Assembly: GCA_030390025.1 (NCBI GenBank)
Contig: CM059431.1
Location: forward strand, 111,044,001-111,108,000
Length of the DNA stretch: 64,000 bases
Direction of reading: 5' to 3'
Origin: Squalus acanthias
Taxonomy: Eukaryota
Positions 1 to 15,300 of the stretch are shown here, one piece after another. The stretch's first letter is position 1. Every line of letters begins with the position of its first letter. The notes under the pieces were generated by a model. That model was not told the DNA's origin, made no database searches, and worked only from the letters and a program-made list of their open reading frames with translations. The position numbers and the translations under genes are program-made.

Positions 1-3000
1 CACCTGTCAGTTACAAATGCACCAACAGTCACCAGTACACTTGTCAGTCACCAGTGCAACTACCAGTCACCAATTCACCTGTAAGTCAACAGGACGCCTG
101 TCAGTCACCAATACACCTGCCAATCACCAGTACATCTGTCACTCAACAGTATACCTGTCAGTCACCATGACACCTGTCAATCAACAGTACACCTGTAAGT
201 CACCAGGACACCTGTCAGTCACCAGTACACCTGTCAGTCATCAATTCACCTGTCAGTCATCAATTCACCTGTCAGTCATCAATTCACCTGTCAGTCACCA
301 GGACACCTGTCAGTCACCAGGACACCTGTCAGTCATAATTACACCTGTCAGTTACCAGGACACCTGTCATTCACCAATACACCTGTCAAACAGAGGACAC
401 CTGTCAGTCACCAATGCACCTGTCAGTCACATATGCACCTGTCAGTCACCAGTACACCTGTCAGTCACCATTACACCTTTCAGTCACCAATTCACCTGTC
501 AGTCACCAGTACACCTGTCAGTTATCAGGACAACTGTCAGTCACAAGTACACCTGTCCGTCACCAATACCCCTGTCACTCAACAACTTACCTCTCAGTCA
601 ACAGTCCACCTGCCAGTCATCAGGACACCTGTCACTCATCATTACAGCTGCAATAACCAGGACACCTGTCAGTCACCAATACACCTGCCAATCACCAGTA
701 CATCTGTTAATCAACAGTACAACGATCAGTCACCATGACACCTGTCAATCAACAGTACACCTGTAAGTCACCAGGACACCTGTCAGTCACCGATTCACCT
801 GACCATCACCAGTAGACCTGTCATTCATCAGGACACCTGTCAGTCACCAGTACCCCTGTTAGTCACCAGAACACCTGTCAATCACGAGTACACTATTCAC
901 TTATCAGGACACCTGTCTGTCACCAGTGCACCTGTCGCTCACCTTTACCCGTTTCAGTCACCAGTACACCTTTCAGTCACCAATACACCTGTCAGTCACC
1001 AGGACACCTGTCAGTCACGAGTACACCGGTCTGTCACGAGTACACCTGTCACTCATCAGTACACTTGTCACTCACCAGTACACCTTTCAGTCAACAATTC
1101 TCCTGTTAGTCACCACGACCCCTGTCACTCAGCAGTACACCTGTCAATCACCAATACACCTTTCAGTCACCAATACACCTGACAGTCACCAATACACCTG
1201 TCAGTCACCAGGACACCTGTCAGTCACCAGGACAATTGTCTGTCGCCAGTACACCGGTCTGTCACGAGGACCCCTGTCTGTCACCAATACACCTGTCAGT
1301 CACCAGGACACCTGTCAGTCACCAGGACAATTGTCTGTTGCCAGTACACCGGTCTGTCACGAGGACCCCTGTCTGTCACCAATACACCTGTCCATCACCG
1401 GGACACCTGTCAGTCACTGGGACACCTGTCAGTCACCAGTACACCTGTCCGTCATCAATAAACCGGTCAGTAACCAGGACATTGTCAGTCACCAATACAC
1501 CTGTCAGTCATCAGGACAACTGTCAGTCACAAGTACACCCGTCAGTCACCAATACCCCTGTCAATCATCAACTTACCGAAAGTCACCAGTCCACTTGTCA
1601 GTCATCAGGACACCTATCAGTCATCATTACAGCTGCAATAACCAGGACACCTGCCAGTCACCAATGCACCTGTCAGTCACAAATGCACCTGTCAGTCACC
1701 AGTACACCTGTCAGTCACCAGTACAACTTTCAGTCACCAATACACCTGCCATTCACCAGTACATCTGTCAATCAACAGTAAACCTGTCAGTCACCAGGAC
1801 ACCTGTGAGTCACCAATTCACCTGACAGTCTCCAGTAAACCTGTCAGTCACTGGGACACCTGTCAGTCACCAGTACACCTGTCAGTCACCAGTACACCTG
1901 TCAGTCATCAGGACACCTATCAGTCATCATTACAGCTGCAATAACCAGGACACCTGTCAGTCAGCAATGCACCTGTCAGTCACAAATGCACCTGTCAATC
2001 ATCAGCACATCTGTCAATCAACAGTAAACCTGTCAGTCACCATGACACCTGTCAATCAACAGTACACCTGTCAGTGATCAGGACACCTGTCTGTCACCAG
2101 TGCACCTGCTGCTCACCTATACCACTGTCAATCACCAGTACACCTTTCACTCACCAATACACTTGTCAGTCACCAATTGACCTGTCCGTCACCAGGACAC
2201 CTGTCAGTCACCAGGACAACTGTCACTCACAAGTACACCTGTCCGTCACCAATATCCCTGTCACTCAGCAACTTACCTGTCAGTCACCAGTCCACCTGTC
2301 AGTCATCAGGACACCTGTCAGTCATCATTACAGCTGCAATAACCAGGACACCTGTCAGTCAGCAATGCACCTGTCAGTCACTAATGCACCTGTCAGTCAC
2401 CAGTACACTTGTCAGTCACCAGTACATCTGTCAGTCACCAGTACAACTTCCAGTCACCAATTCACCTGTAAGTCACCAGGACACCTTTCAGTCATCAGGA
2501 CACCTGTCAGTCATCATTACAGCTGCAATAACCAGGACACCTGTCAGTCAGCAATGCACCTGTCAGTCACTAATGCACCTGTCAGTCACCAGTACACTTG
2601 TCAGTCACCAGTACATCTGTCAGTCACCAGTACAACTTCCAGTCACCAATTCACCTGTAAGTCACCAGGACACCTTTCAGTCACCAATACACCTGCCAAT
2701 CACCAGTACATCTGTCAATCAACAGTAAATCTGTCAGTCACCATGACACCTGTAAATCAACAGTACAACTGTAAATCACCAGAACACCTGTCAGTCACCG
2801 ATTCATCTGACCGTCACCAGTAGACCTGTCATTCATCAGGACACCTGTCAGTCACCAGAACACCTGTAAATCACTAGTACACAATTCACTTATCAGGACA
2901 CCTGTCTGTCACCAGTGCAACTGTCGCTCACCTCTACCCCTTTCAGTCACCAGTACACCTTTCAGTCACCAATACACCTGTCAGTCATCAGGATACCTGT

Positions 3001-6000
3001 CAGTCACCAGTACACCTGTCTGTCATGAGTACACCGGTCTGTCACCAGTACACCTGTCACTCATCAGTATACCTGTCAGTCACCAGTACACCTTTCATTC
3101 AACAATTCTTCTGTCAGTCACCATGACCCCTGTCACTCACCAGTACACCTGTCAGTCACCAATACACCTGTCAATCACCACTACACCTTTCAGTCACCAA
3201 TACACCTGTCAGTCACCAATACACCTGTCAGTCACCCGGACACCTGTCAGTCACCAGGACAATTGTCTGTCGCCAGTACACCTGTCTGTCACGAGGATCC
3301 CTGTCTGTCACCAATACACCTGTCCATCACCGGGACACCTGCCAGTCACTGGGACACCTGCCATTCACCAGTACACCTGTCAGTCATCAGGACACATGTC
3401 AGTTACAATTACACCTGTCAGTCACCAGTACACTTGTCCGTCATCAATAAACCAGTCAGTAACCAGGACAACTGTCAGTCACAAGTACACCTGTCAGTCA
3501 CCAATACCCCTGTCACTCATCAACTTACCTAAAGTCACCAGTCCACTTGTCAGTCATCAGGACACCTATCAGTCATCATTACAATTGGAATAACCAGAAC
3601 ACCTGTCAGTCAGCAATGCACCTGTCAGTCACAAATGCACCTATCAGTCACCAGTATACATGTCAGTCACCAATACACCTGTCAGTCACCAGTACAACCT
3701 CCAGTCACCAAACCACCTGTAAGTCAACAGGACACCTGTCAGTCACCAATACACCTGCCAATCACCAGTAGATCTGTCAATCAACAGTACAACTGTCAGT
3801 CACCATGACACCTGTCAATCAACAGTACACCTGTTAGTCACTAGGACACCTGTCAGTCACCGATTCACCTGACCGTCACCAGTACACCTGTCATTCATCA
3901 GGACACCTGTCAGTCACCAGAACACCTGTAAATCACTAGTACACAATTCACTTATCAGGACACCTGTCTGTCACCAGTGCACCTGTCGCTCACCTCTACC
4001 CTTTTCAGTCACCAGTACACCTTTCAGTCACCAATACACCTGTCAGTCACCAGGATACCTGTCAGTCACCAGTACACCTGTCTGTCATGAGTACACCGGT
4101 CTGTCACCAGTACACCTGTCACTCATCAGTACACCTGTCACTCACCAGTACACCTTTCATTCAACAATTCTCCTGTCAGTCACCATGACCCCTGTCACTC
4201 ACCTGTACACCTGTCAGTCACCAATACACCTGTCAGTCACCAATACACCTGTCAGTCACCAATACACCTGTCAGTCACCAATACACCTGTCAGTCACCCG
4301 GACACCTGTCAGTCACCAGGACAATTGTCTGTCGCCAGTACACCTGTCTGTCACCAGGACCCCTGTCTGTCACCAATACACCTGTCCATCACCGGGACAC
4401 CTGCCAGTCACTGGGACACCTGTCATTCACCAGTACACCTGTCAGTCATCAGGACAGATGTCAGTTACAATTACACCTGTCAGTCACCAGTACACTTGTC
4501 CGTCATCAATAAACCAGGTCAGTAACCAGGACATCTGTCAGTCACCAATAAACCTGTCAGTCATCAGGACAACTGTCAGTCACAAGTACACCTGTCAGTC
4601 ACCAATACCCCTGTCACTCATCAACTTACCTAAAGTCACCAGTCCACTTGTCAGTCATCAGGACACCTATCAGTCATCATTACAGCTGCAATAACCAGGA
4701 CACCTGCCAGTCACCAATGCACCTGTCAGTCACAAATGCACCTGTCAGTCACCAGTACACCTGTCTGTCACCAGTACACCTGTCAGTCACCAGTACACCT
4801 TTCAGTCACCAATTCACCTGTCAGTCACCAGGAAATCTGTCAGTCACCAATACACCTGCCAATCACCAGTACATCTGTCAATCAACAGTAAACCTGTCAG
4901 TCACCATGACACCTGTCAATCAACAGTACACCTGTCAGTCACCAGGACACCTGTGAGTCACCAATTCACCTGTCAGTCTCCAGTAAACCTGTCAGTGATC
5001 AGGAAACCTGTCAATCACCAGTACACCTTTCACTCACCAATACACTTGTCAGTCACCGATTGACCTGTCCGTCACCAGGACACCTTTCAGTCACCAGGAC
5101 AACTGTCAGTCACAAGTACAGCTGTCCGTCATCAATACCCCTGTCACTCAGCAACTTACCTGTCAGTCACCAGTCCACCTGTCGCTCACCTCTACCCCTT
5201 TCAGTCACCAGTACACCTTTCAGTCACCAATACACCTGTCAGTCACCAGGACACCTGTCAGTCACCAGTACACCTGTCTGTCACGAGTACACCGGTCTGT
5301 CACCAGTACACCTGTCACTCACCAGTACACCTTTCACTCAACAATTCTCCTGTCAGTCACCACGACCCCTGTCAGTCACCAGGACAATTGTCTGTCGCCA
5401 GTACACCTGTCTGTCACGAGGACCCCTGTCTGTCACCAATACACCTGTCCATCACCGGGACACCTGTCAGTCACTGGGACACCTGTCAGTCACCAGTACA
5501 CCTGTCAGTCATCAGGACACATGTCAGTCACAATTACACCTGTCAGTCACCAGTACACCTGTCCGTCATCAATAAACCGGTCAGTAACCAGGACATCTGT
5601 CAGTCACCAATAGCCCCTGTCACTCATCAACTTACCTGAAGTCACCAGTCCACTTGTCAGTCATCAGGACACCTATCAGTCATCATTACAGCTGCAATAA
5701 CCAGGACACCTGCCAGTCACAAATGCACCTGTCAGTCAAAAATGCACCTGTCAGTCACCAATACACCTGTCTGTCACCAGTACACCTGTCAGTCACCAGT
5801 ACATCCTTTCAGGCACCAATTCACCTGTCAGTCACCAGGAAATCTGTCAGTCGCCAATACACCTGCCAATCACCAGTACATCTGTCAATCAACAGTAAAC
5901 CTGTCAGTCACCATGACACCTGTCAATCAACAGTACACCTGTCAGTCAGCCAGGACACCTGTGAGTCACCAATTCACCTGACAGCCTCCAGTAAACCTGT

Positions 6001-9000
6001 CAGTGATCAGGACACCTGTCTGTCACCAGTGCACCTGCCGCTCACCTAGACCACTGTCAATCACCAGTACACCTTTCAGTCACCAATACACTTGTCAGTC
6101 ACCAGGACAACTGTCACTCACAAGTACACCTGTCCGTCACCAATACCCCTGTCACTCAGCAACTTACCTGTCATTCACCAGTCCACCTGTCAGTCATCAG
6201 GACACCTGTCAGTCATCATTACAGCTGCAATAACCAGGACACCTGTCAGTCAGCAATGCACCTGTCAGTCACTAATGCAACTATCAGTCACCAGTACATC
6301 TGTCAGTCACCAATTCACCTGTAAGTCACCAGGACACCTGTCAGTCACCAATACACCTGCCAATCACCAGTACAACTGTAATTCACCAGGACACCTGTCA
6401 TTCATCAGGACACCTGTCAGTCACCAGTACCCCTGTTAGTCACAAATGCACCTGTCAGTCACCCGTACACCTGTCATTCACCAATACACCTGTCAGGGAC
6501 ACCGGTCAGTCACCAATGCACCTGTCAGTCACAAATGCACCTGTCAGTTACCAGTACACCTGTCAGTCACCATTACACCTTTCCGTCACCAATACACCTG
6601 TCAGTCATCAGGACATCTGTCAGTCACAAGTACACCTGTCAGTCACCAATACCCCTGTCACTCAGCAACTTACCTGTCAGTCACCAGTCCACCTGTCAGT
6701 CATCAGGATACCTGTCACTCATCATTACAGCTGCAATAACCAGGACACCTGTCACTTACCAATGCACCTGTCAGTCACAAATGCACCTATCAGTCACCAG
6801 TACACTTGTCAGTCATCAATACACCTGTCAGTCACCAGTAGAACTTCCAGTCACCAATCCACCTGTAAGTCAACAGGACACCTGCCAGTCACCAATACAC
6901 CTGCCAATCACCAGTACATCTGTCAATCAACAGTACAACTGTCAGTCACCGTGACACCTATCAATCAACAGTACACCTGATAGTCACCAGGACACCTGTC
7001 AGTCACCGATTCACCGGACCGTCACCAGTAGACCTGTCATTCATCAGGACACCTGTCAGTCACCAGTACCCCTGTCAGTCACCAGAACACCTGTCAATCA
7101 CTAGTACACAATTCACTTATCAGGACACCTGTCTGTCACCAGTGCACCTGTCGCTCACCTCTACCCCTTTCAGTCACCAGTACACCTTTCAGTCACCAAT
7201 ACACCTGTCAGTCACCAGGACACCTGTCTGTCACGAGTACACCGGTCTGTCACCAGTACACCGGTCACTCATCAGTACACCTGTCACTCACCAGTACACC
7301 GTTCAGTCATCAATTCTCCTGTCAGTCCCCACGACTCCTGCCACTCACCAGTACACCTGTCAGTCACCAATACACCTGTCAATCACCAATACACCTGTCA
7401 GTCACCAGGACACCTGTCAGTCACCAGGACAATTGTCTGTCGTCAGTACACCGGTCTGTCACGAGGACCCATGTCTGTCACCAATACACCTGTCCATCAC
7501 CGGAACACCTGTCAGGCACTGGGACACCTGTCAGTCACCAGCACACCTGTCCGTCATCAATAAACTGGTCAGTAACCAGGACATCTGTCAGTCACCAATA
7601 AACCTGTCAGTCATCAGGACAACTGTCAGTCACAAGTACACCTGTCAGTCACCAATACCCCTATCACTCATCAACTTGCCTAAAGTCACCAGTCCACTTG
7701 TCAGTCATCAGGACACCTATCAGTCATCATTACAGCTGCAATAACCAGGACACCTGTCAGTCACAAATGCACCTGTCAGTCACCAGTACACCTGTCAGTC
7801 ACCAGTACAACTTTCAGTCACCAATTCACCTGTCAGTCACCAGAAAATCTGTCAGTCACCAATACACCTGCCAATCACCAGTACATCTGTCAATCAACAG
7901 TAAACCTGTCAGTCACCAGAACACCTGTGAGTCACCAATTCACCTGACAGTCTCCAGTAAACCTGTCAGTCACTGGGACACCTGTCAGTCACCAGTACAC
8001 CTGTCAGTCACCAGTACACCTGTCAGTCATCAGGACACCTATCAGTCATCATTACAGCTGCAATAACCAGGACACCTGCCAGTCACAAATGCACCTGTCA
8101 GTCAAAAATGCACCTGCCAGTCACCAATACACCTGTCTGTCACCAGTACACCTTTCAGTCACCAATTCACCTGTCAGTCACCAGGAAATCTGTCAGTCAC
8201 CAATACACTTGCCAATCACCAGTACATCTGTCAATCAACAGTAAACCTGTCAGTCACCATGACACCTGTCAATCAACAGTACACCTGTCAGTCACTAGGA
8301 TACCTGTGAGTCACCAATTCACCTGACAGTCTCCAGTAAACCTGTCAGTGATCAGGACACCTGTCTGTCACCAGTGCACCTGCCGCTCATCTAGACCACT
8401 GTCAATCACCAGTACACCTTTCAGTCACCAATTCACCTGTCAGTCAACAGTACACCTGTCAGTCACCAATTCACCTGTCTGTCACCAGGACACCTGTCAC
8501 TCACCAATACACCTGTCTGTCACCAGGACAGCTGTATCTCACCAGGACACCTGTCAGTCACCAATTCAGCTGTCTTTCACCAGGACACCTGTCACTCAAC
8601 AATTCACCTGTCTCTCACCAGGACACCTGTGACTCACCAATACACCTGTCTGTCACCAGGACACCTGTATCTCACCAGGACACCTGTCAGTCACCAATTC
8701 ACCTGTCAGTCACCAGGATACGTATCAGTCACCAATTCACCTGTCAGTCACCAGGACACCTGTCTCTCACCAGTACACCTTTCAGTCACCAATTCTACTG
8801 TCAGTCATCAGGACAACTGTCAATCACCAATACACCTGTCAGTCATCAGGACACCTGTCAGTCTCATGTACACCTCTCAGTCAACAATTCACCTGTCAGT
8901 CACCAGTACACCTGTCAGTCACCAGGACACCTTAAAGTCACCAGTACACCTGCCAGTCATCAGTACACCTTTCCGTCACCAATGTATCTGTCAGTCACCA

Positions 9001-12000
9001 ATACACCTGTCACTCAGCAATACACCTGTCAGTCACCAGGATACCTGTCAGTCACCAGGACACCTGTCACTCACCAATACCCCTGTCTGTCACCAGGATA
9101 CCTGTCTCTCACCAGTATATGTGTCTGTCACCAGGGCACCTGTCAGTCACAAATTCACCTGCCTGTCACCAGGACACCGGTCGCTCACTAATACAGCTGT
9201 CTGTCAACAGGATATCTGTCTGTCACCAGTACACCTGTCAGTCATCAGGACACATGTTAGTCACAATTAAAACTGTCAGTCACCAGTACACCTGTCAGTC
9301 ATCAATATACCTGACAGTAACCAGGACACCTGACAAACACCAATACACCTTTCAGTCTACAATACACCTGTCAGTCACCAGGACACCTGTCAGTCACCAG
9401 GACAATTGTCTGTCGCCAGTACACCTGTCAGTCATCAGGACACATGTCAGTCACAATTACACCTGCCAATCACCAGTACATCTGTCAATCAACAGTAAAC
9501 CTGTCGGTCACCATGACACCTGTCAATCAACAGTAAAGCTGTCAGTCACCAGGGCACCTGTGAGTCACCAATTCACCTGCCAGTCACCAGTAAACCTGTC
9601 AGTGATGAGGACACCTGTCAGTCACCAGTGCACCTGCTGCTTACCTATACCACTGTCAATCACCAGTACACCTTTCAGTCACCAATACACTTGTCAGTCA
9701 CCAATTGACCTGTCAGTCACAAATGCACCTGTCAGTCACCAGTACACCTGTCAGTCACCAATACACCTGCCAATCACCAGTACATCTGTCAATCAAAAGT
9801 ACACCTGTCAGTCACCATGACACCTGTCAAGCAACAGTACACCTGTTAGTCACCAGGAGACCTGTCAGTCACTGATTCACCTGACCGTCACCAGTAGACC
9901 TGACATTCATCAGGACACCTGTCAGTCACGAGTACCCCTGTCAGTCACCAGAACTCCTGTCAATCACTAGTACACAAGTCACTTATCAGGACATCTGTCT
10001 GTCACCAGTGCACCTGTCGCTAACCTCTACCCCTTTTAGTCACCAATACACCTGTCAGTCAACAGGACACCTGTCAGTCACCAGTACACCTGTCTGTCAC
10101 GAGTACACCGGTCTGTCAAAAGTACACCTGTCACTCATCAGTACACCTGTCACTCACCAGTACACCTTTCAGTCAACAATTCTCCTGTCAGTCACCACGA
10201 CCCCTGTCACTCACCAGTACACCTGTCAGTCACCAAAAAACCTGTCAATCACCAATACACCTTTCAGTCACCAGGACAATTGTCTGTCGCAAGTACACCT
10301 GTCTGTCACGTACCCCTGTCTATCACCAATAAACCTGTCCGTCACCAGGACACCTGTCAGTCACCGTGACACCTGTCAGTCTCCAATACACCTGTCAGTC
10401 ACCAGTACACCTATCAGTCATCAATAAACCTGAAGTCACCAGTCCACTTGTCAGTCATCAGGACACCTATCAGTCATCTTTACAGCTGCAATAACCAGGA
10501 AAACTGCCAGTCGCCAATGCACCTGTCAGTCACAAATGCACCTGTCAGTCACCAGTACACCTGTCTGTCACCAGTACACCTTTCAGTCACCAATTCACCT
10601 GTCAGTCACCAGTACATCTGTCAATCAACAGTAAACCTGTCAGTCACCATTCCACCTGTCAATCAACAGTACACCTGTCAGTCACCAGGACACCTGTGAG
10701 TCACCAATTAACCTGTCAGTCACCAGTAAACCTGTCAGTGATCAGTACACCTGTCTGTCACCAGTGCACCTGCCGCTCACCTATACCACTGTCAATCACC
10801 AGTACACCTTTCAGTCACCAATAAACTTGTCAGTCACCAATTGACCTGTCCGTCACCAGGACACCTGTCAGTCAACAATACACCTCTCAGTCATCAGTAC
10901 ACCTGTCAGTCACCAGGTCACCTGTCAGTCACCAGGACACCTGTCAGTCATAAATACACCTGTCAGTCACCAAGGCACTTGTCTTTCACCAGTACACCTG
11001 TCAGTCATCAATAAACCTGTCAGTTACCAGGACACCTGTCAATCACCAATACACCTGTCAATCAGAGGACACCTGTCAGTCACCAGTACACCTGTCAGTC
11101 ACAAATACACCTGTCAGTCACCAGGACACCTTTCAGTCACCAATTCACCTGTCAGTCACCAGTACACCTGTCAGTCATCAGGACAACTGTCAGTCACAAG
11201 TACACCTGTCAGTCACCAATATCCCTGTCACCTTTAACCTTACCTGTCAGTCACCAGTCCACCTGTCAGTCATCAGGACACCTGTCAGTCATCATTACAG
11301 CAGCAATAACCAGGACACCTGTCAGTCACCAATGCACCTATCAGTCACCAGTACACTTGTCAGTTACCAGTACACCTGTCAGTCACCAGTACAACTTCCA
11401 GTCACCAATTCACCTGTAAGTCAACAGGACACCTGTCAGTCACCAATACACCTGCCAATCACCAGTACATCTGTCAATCAACAGTACAACTGTCAGTCAC
11501 CGTGACACCTGTCAATCAACAGTGCACCTGTCAATCACCAGGTCACCTGTCAGTCACCTGCCAATCACCAGTACATCTGTCAATCAACAGTACAACTGTC
11601 AGTCACCATGACACCTGTCAATCAACAGTGCACCTGTCAATCACCAGGACACCTGTCAGTCACCGATTCACCTGACAGTCACCAGTAGACCTGTCATTCA
11701 TCAGGACACCTGTCAGTCACCAGTACCCGTCATTCACCAGAACACCTGTCAATCACTAGTACACAAGTCACTTATCAGGACACCTGTCTGTCACCAGTGC
11801 ACCTGTCGCTCACCTCTACCCCTTTCAGTCACCAGTACAGCTTTCAGTCACCAACACACCTGTCAGTCACCAGGACACCAGTCAGTCACCAGTACACCTG
11901 TCACTCATCAGTACACCTGTCACTCACCAGTACCCCTGTCAGTCACCAATACACCTGTCAGTCACCAATACACCTGTCAGTCACCAATACACCTGTCTGT

Positions 12001-12382
12001 CACGAGGACCCCTGTCTGTCACCAATACACCTGTCAGTCACCGGGACACCTGTCAGTCACCGGGACACCTGTCAGTCACCGGGACACCTGTCAGTCATCA
12101 CGACACATGTCAGTCACAATTACACCTCTCAGTAACCAGTGCACCTGTCAGTCATCAATAAAACCGTCAGTAACCAGGACACATGTCAGTCACCAATACA
12201 CCTGTCAGTCATCAGGACAACTGTCAGTCGCCAATACCTCTTTCACTCATCAACTTACCTGAAGTCACCAGTCCACTTGTCAGTCATCAGGACACCTATC
12301 AGTCATCATTACAGCTGCAATAACCAGAACACCTGCCAGCCACCAATGCACCTGTCAGTTACAAATACACCTGTCAGTCACC
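1..12382. repeat. Array domain A: degenerate HOR region (~1.06-kb module and rearranged derivatives)
   Basis: A private 18-bp variant CAGCTGCAATAACCAGGA (or a close derivative) starts at 645, 1630, 1933, 2331, 2520, 3582, 4683, 5689, 6222, 6728, 7733, 8055, 10483, 11298 and 12312. The marker CACTTATCAGG lies at ~898, 2887, 3949, 7114, 9980 and 11769. ORF pairs 3123/4185 and 3263/4325/5388 are 1062-1063 bp apart. Confidence 0.85.
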
Positions 12383-15300
12383 AGTACACCTTTCAGTCAC
12401 CAATTCACCTGTCAGTCAATAGGAAATCTGTCAGTCACCAATACACCTGCCAATCACCAGTACATCTGTCAATCAACAGTAAACCTGTCAGTCACCAGGA
12501 CACCTGTGAGTCACCAATTCACTTCTCAGTCACCAGTAAACCTGTCAGTGATCAGGACACCTGTCTGTCACCAGTGCACCTGCCGCTCACCTATACCACT
12601 GTCAATCACCAGTACACCTTTCAGTCACCAATACACTTGTCAGTCACCAATTGACCTGTCGGTCACCAGGACACCTGTCAGTCACCAGTACAACTTTTAG
12701 TCACCAATTCACCTGTCAGTAATCAGGACACCTGTCAATCAGCAATACACCTGTCAGTCACCAATTCACCTGATAGTCACCAGTAATCCTTTCAGTCACC
12801 AGCACACCAGTCAGTCAACAATTCACCTGTCAGTCACGAGGACACCTGTCAGTCATGAATAAACCTGTCAGTCACAAGTACACCTGTCAGTCAACAATTC
12901 AACTGTCATTCACCCGGACACCAGTCAGTCACCAGTACACCTGTCAATCATCAACACACCTGTCGGTCACCAATTCACCTGTTAGTCACCAGTAATCCTT
13001 GCAGTCACCAGGACACCTGTCAGTCATCAATACACCTGTCTGTCACCAGTGCACCTGTCACTCACCAATACACTTGTCTGTCACCAGTGCACCTGTCACT
13101 CACCAATACACTTGTCTGTCACCAGTACACCTGTCACTCACAAATACACCTGTCTGTCACCAGGATACAGGTCAGTCACCAATACACCGGTCAGTCACAA
13201 AAACAACGGTCAATCACCAATTCAGCTGTCAGTCACGAGTACAACTTTCAGTCAACAATAACCTGTCAGTCACCAATTTACCTGTCTGCCACCAGGACGT
13301 CTGTGGCTCACCAATACACCTGTCTGTCACCAGGATACCTGTCTGTCACCAGTAAACCTGTCTGTCACCTGTACATCTGTCAGTCACCAATACACCTGTC
13401 AGTCATGAAAACAACAGTCAATCACCAATTCAGCTGTCAGTCACGATTACACCTTTCAGTCAACTATACACCTGTCAGTCAATAGGAAATCTGTCAGTCA
13501 CCAATACACCTGTCACTCACAAATAAACCTGCCTGTCACCAGGATACCTGTCTGTCACCAGGGCACCTGTCAATCACCAATACACCTGTCAGTCACCAGT
13601 ACACCTTTCAGTCACCAGTACACCTGTCTGTCAGCAGGGCACCTGTCTATCACAGGACACCTGTCAGTCAACAGCACACCTTTCAGTCACCAGTTCACCT
13701 ATCAGTCACCAGGACACCTGTCAGTCACCAGTACACCTGTCAGTCACCAATACCACTGTCAGTCACCAAAACACCTGTCAATCACCAATAAACCTGTCTG
13801 TCACCAATTCACCTGTCAGTCACCAGTGCACCTGTTAGTCACCAGTATACCTGTCTGTCACCAGTATACCAGTCTGTCACTAGGACACCTGTCAGTCATG
13901 AGTACACCTTACAGTCACCAATAAACCTGTCAGTCACCAGAATACTTGTGTGCCACCAGTATACCTGTCTGTCACCAGTATGCCTGTCTGTCACTAGGAC
14001 ACCTGTCAGTCACCAGGACACATGTCAGTCACCAATACATTTACCTGTCAGCAGTACCCTGTCACTCACCAATACACCTGCCTGTCACCAGTACATCTGT
14101 TAGTCACAAGTACACCTGTCACTCATCAATACACCTGCCTGTCACCAGTAAACCAGTCACTCACCAATATACCTGACAGTCACCAGGACACCTGTCACTC
14201 ACCAATACACCTGTCTGTCACCAGGACACCTGTCTGTCACCAATAAACCGGTCAGACACCAATTCACCGGTCAGTCATCAGGACAACTGTCAGTCACCAG
14301 TACAATTGTCAGTCATCAGGACACCTGCCAATCACTTGTCCACCTGTCAATCATCAGGACACCTGTCAGTTACCTATACCCATGTCAGTCACCAGTACAC
14401 CTGTCTGACACCAGGTTACCTGTCAATCAGCATCACCATTGTCAGTCACCAGTACATCTGTCAGTCACCAGCACACCTGTCTGTCACCAGGACATCTGTC
14501 AGTCAGCAACACCATTGTCATTCACCAATGCACCTGTCAGTCACAAATGCACCTGTCTGTCACCAGGACACCTGTCAGTCACAAGTACACCTGTCAGTCA
14601 CCAATACACCTGAAATTCATCAGTTCACCTGTCGGTCATCAGGACAACTTCGCTCACCATAGTCCTGTCAGTCAGCATTAAACCCTTCAGTCAGCAATAC
14701 ACCTGTCAGTCACCAATTCACCTGTCAGTCACCAATTCACCTGTCATTCACCAGGACAACTGTCAATCACCAATACACCTGTCAGTCACCAATTCACCTG
14801 TCAGTCACCAGTACAACTTTTAGTCACCAATTCACCTGTCAGTAATCAGGATACCTGTCAATCACCAATACACCTATCAGTCACCAATTCACCTGTCAGT
14901 CACCAATAATCCTTTCAGTCACCAGCACACCAGTCAGTCACCAATTTATCTGTCAGTCACGAGGACACCTGTCAGTCATCAATAAACCTGTCAGTCACAA
15001 GTACACCTGTCAGTCAACAATTCAACTGTCATTCACCCGGACACCTATCTGTCACCAGGACCCCTGTCTCTCACCAGGACACCTGTCACTCACCAATACA
15101 CCTGCCTGTCACCAGTATACCTGTCACTCACAAATACACCTGTCTGTCACCCAGACACCTGTCAATCACCAATTCACCTGTCATTCACCAATTCACCTGT
15201 CAGTCACCAATAATCCTTTCAGTCACCAGCACACCAGTCAGTCACCAATTTATCTGTCAGTCACGAGGACACCTGTCAGTCATCAATAAACCTGTCAGTC

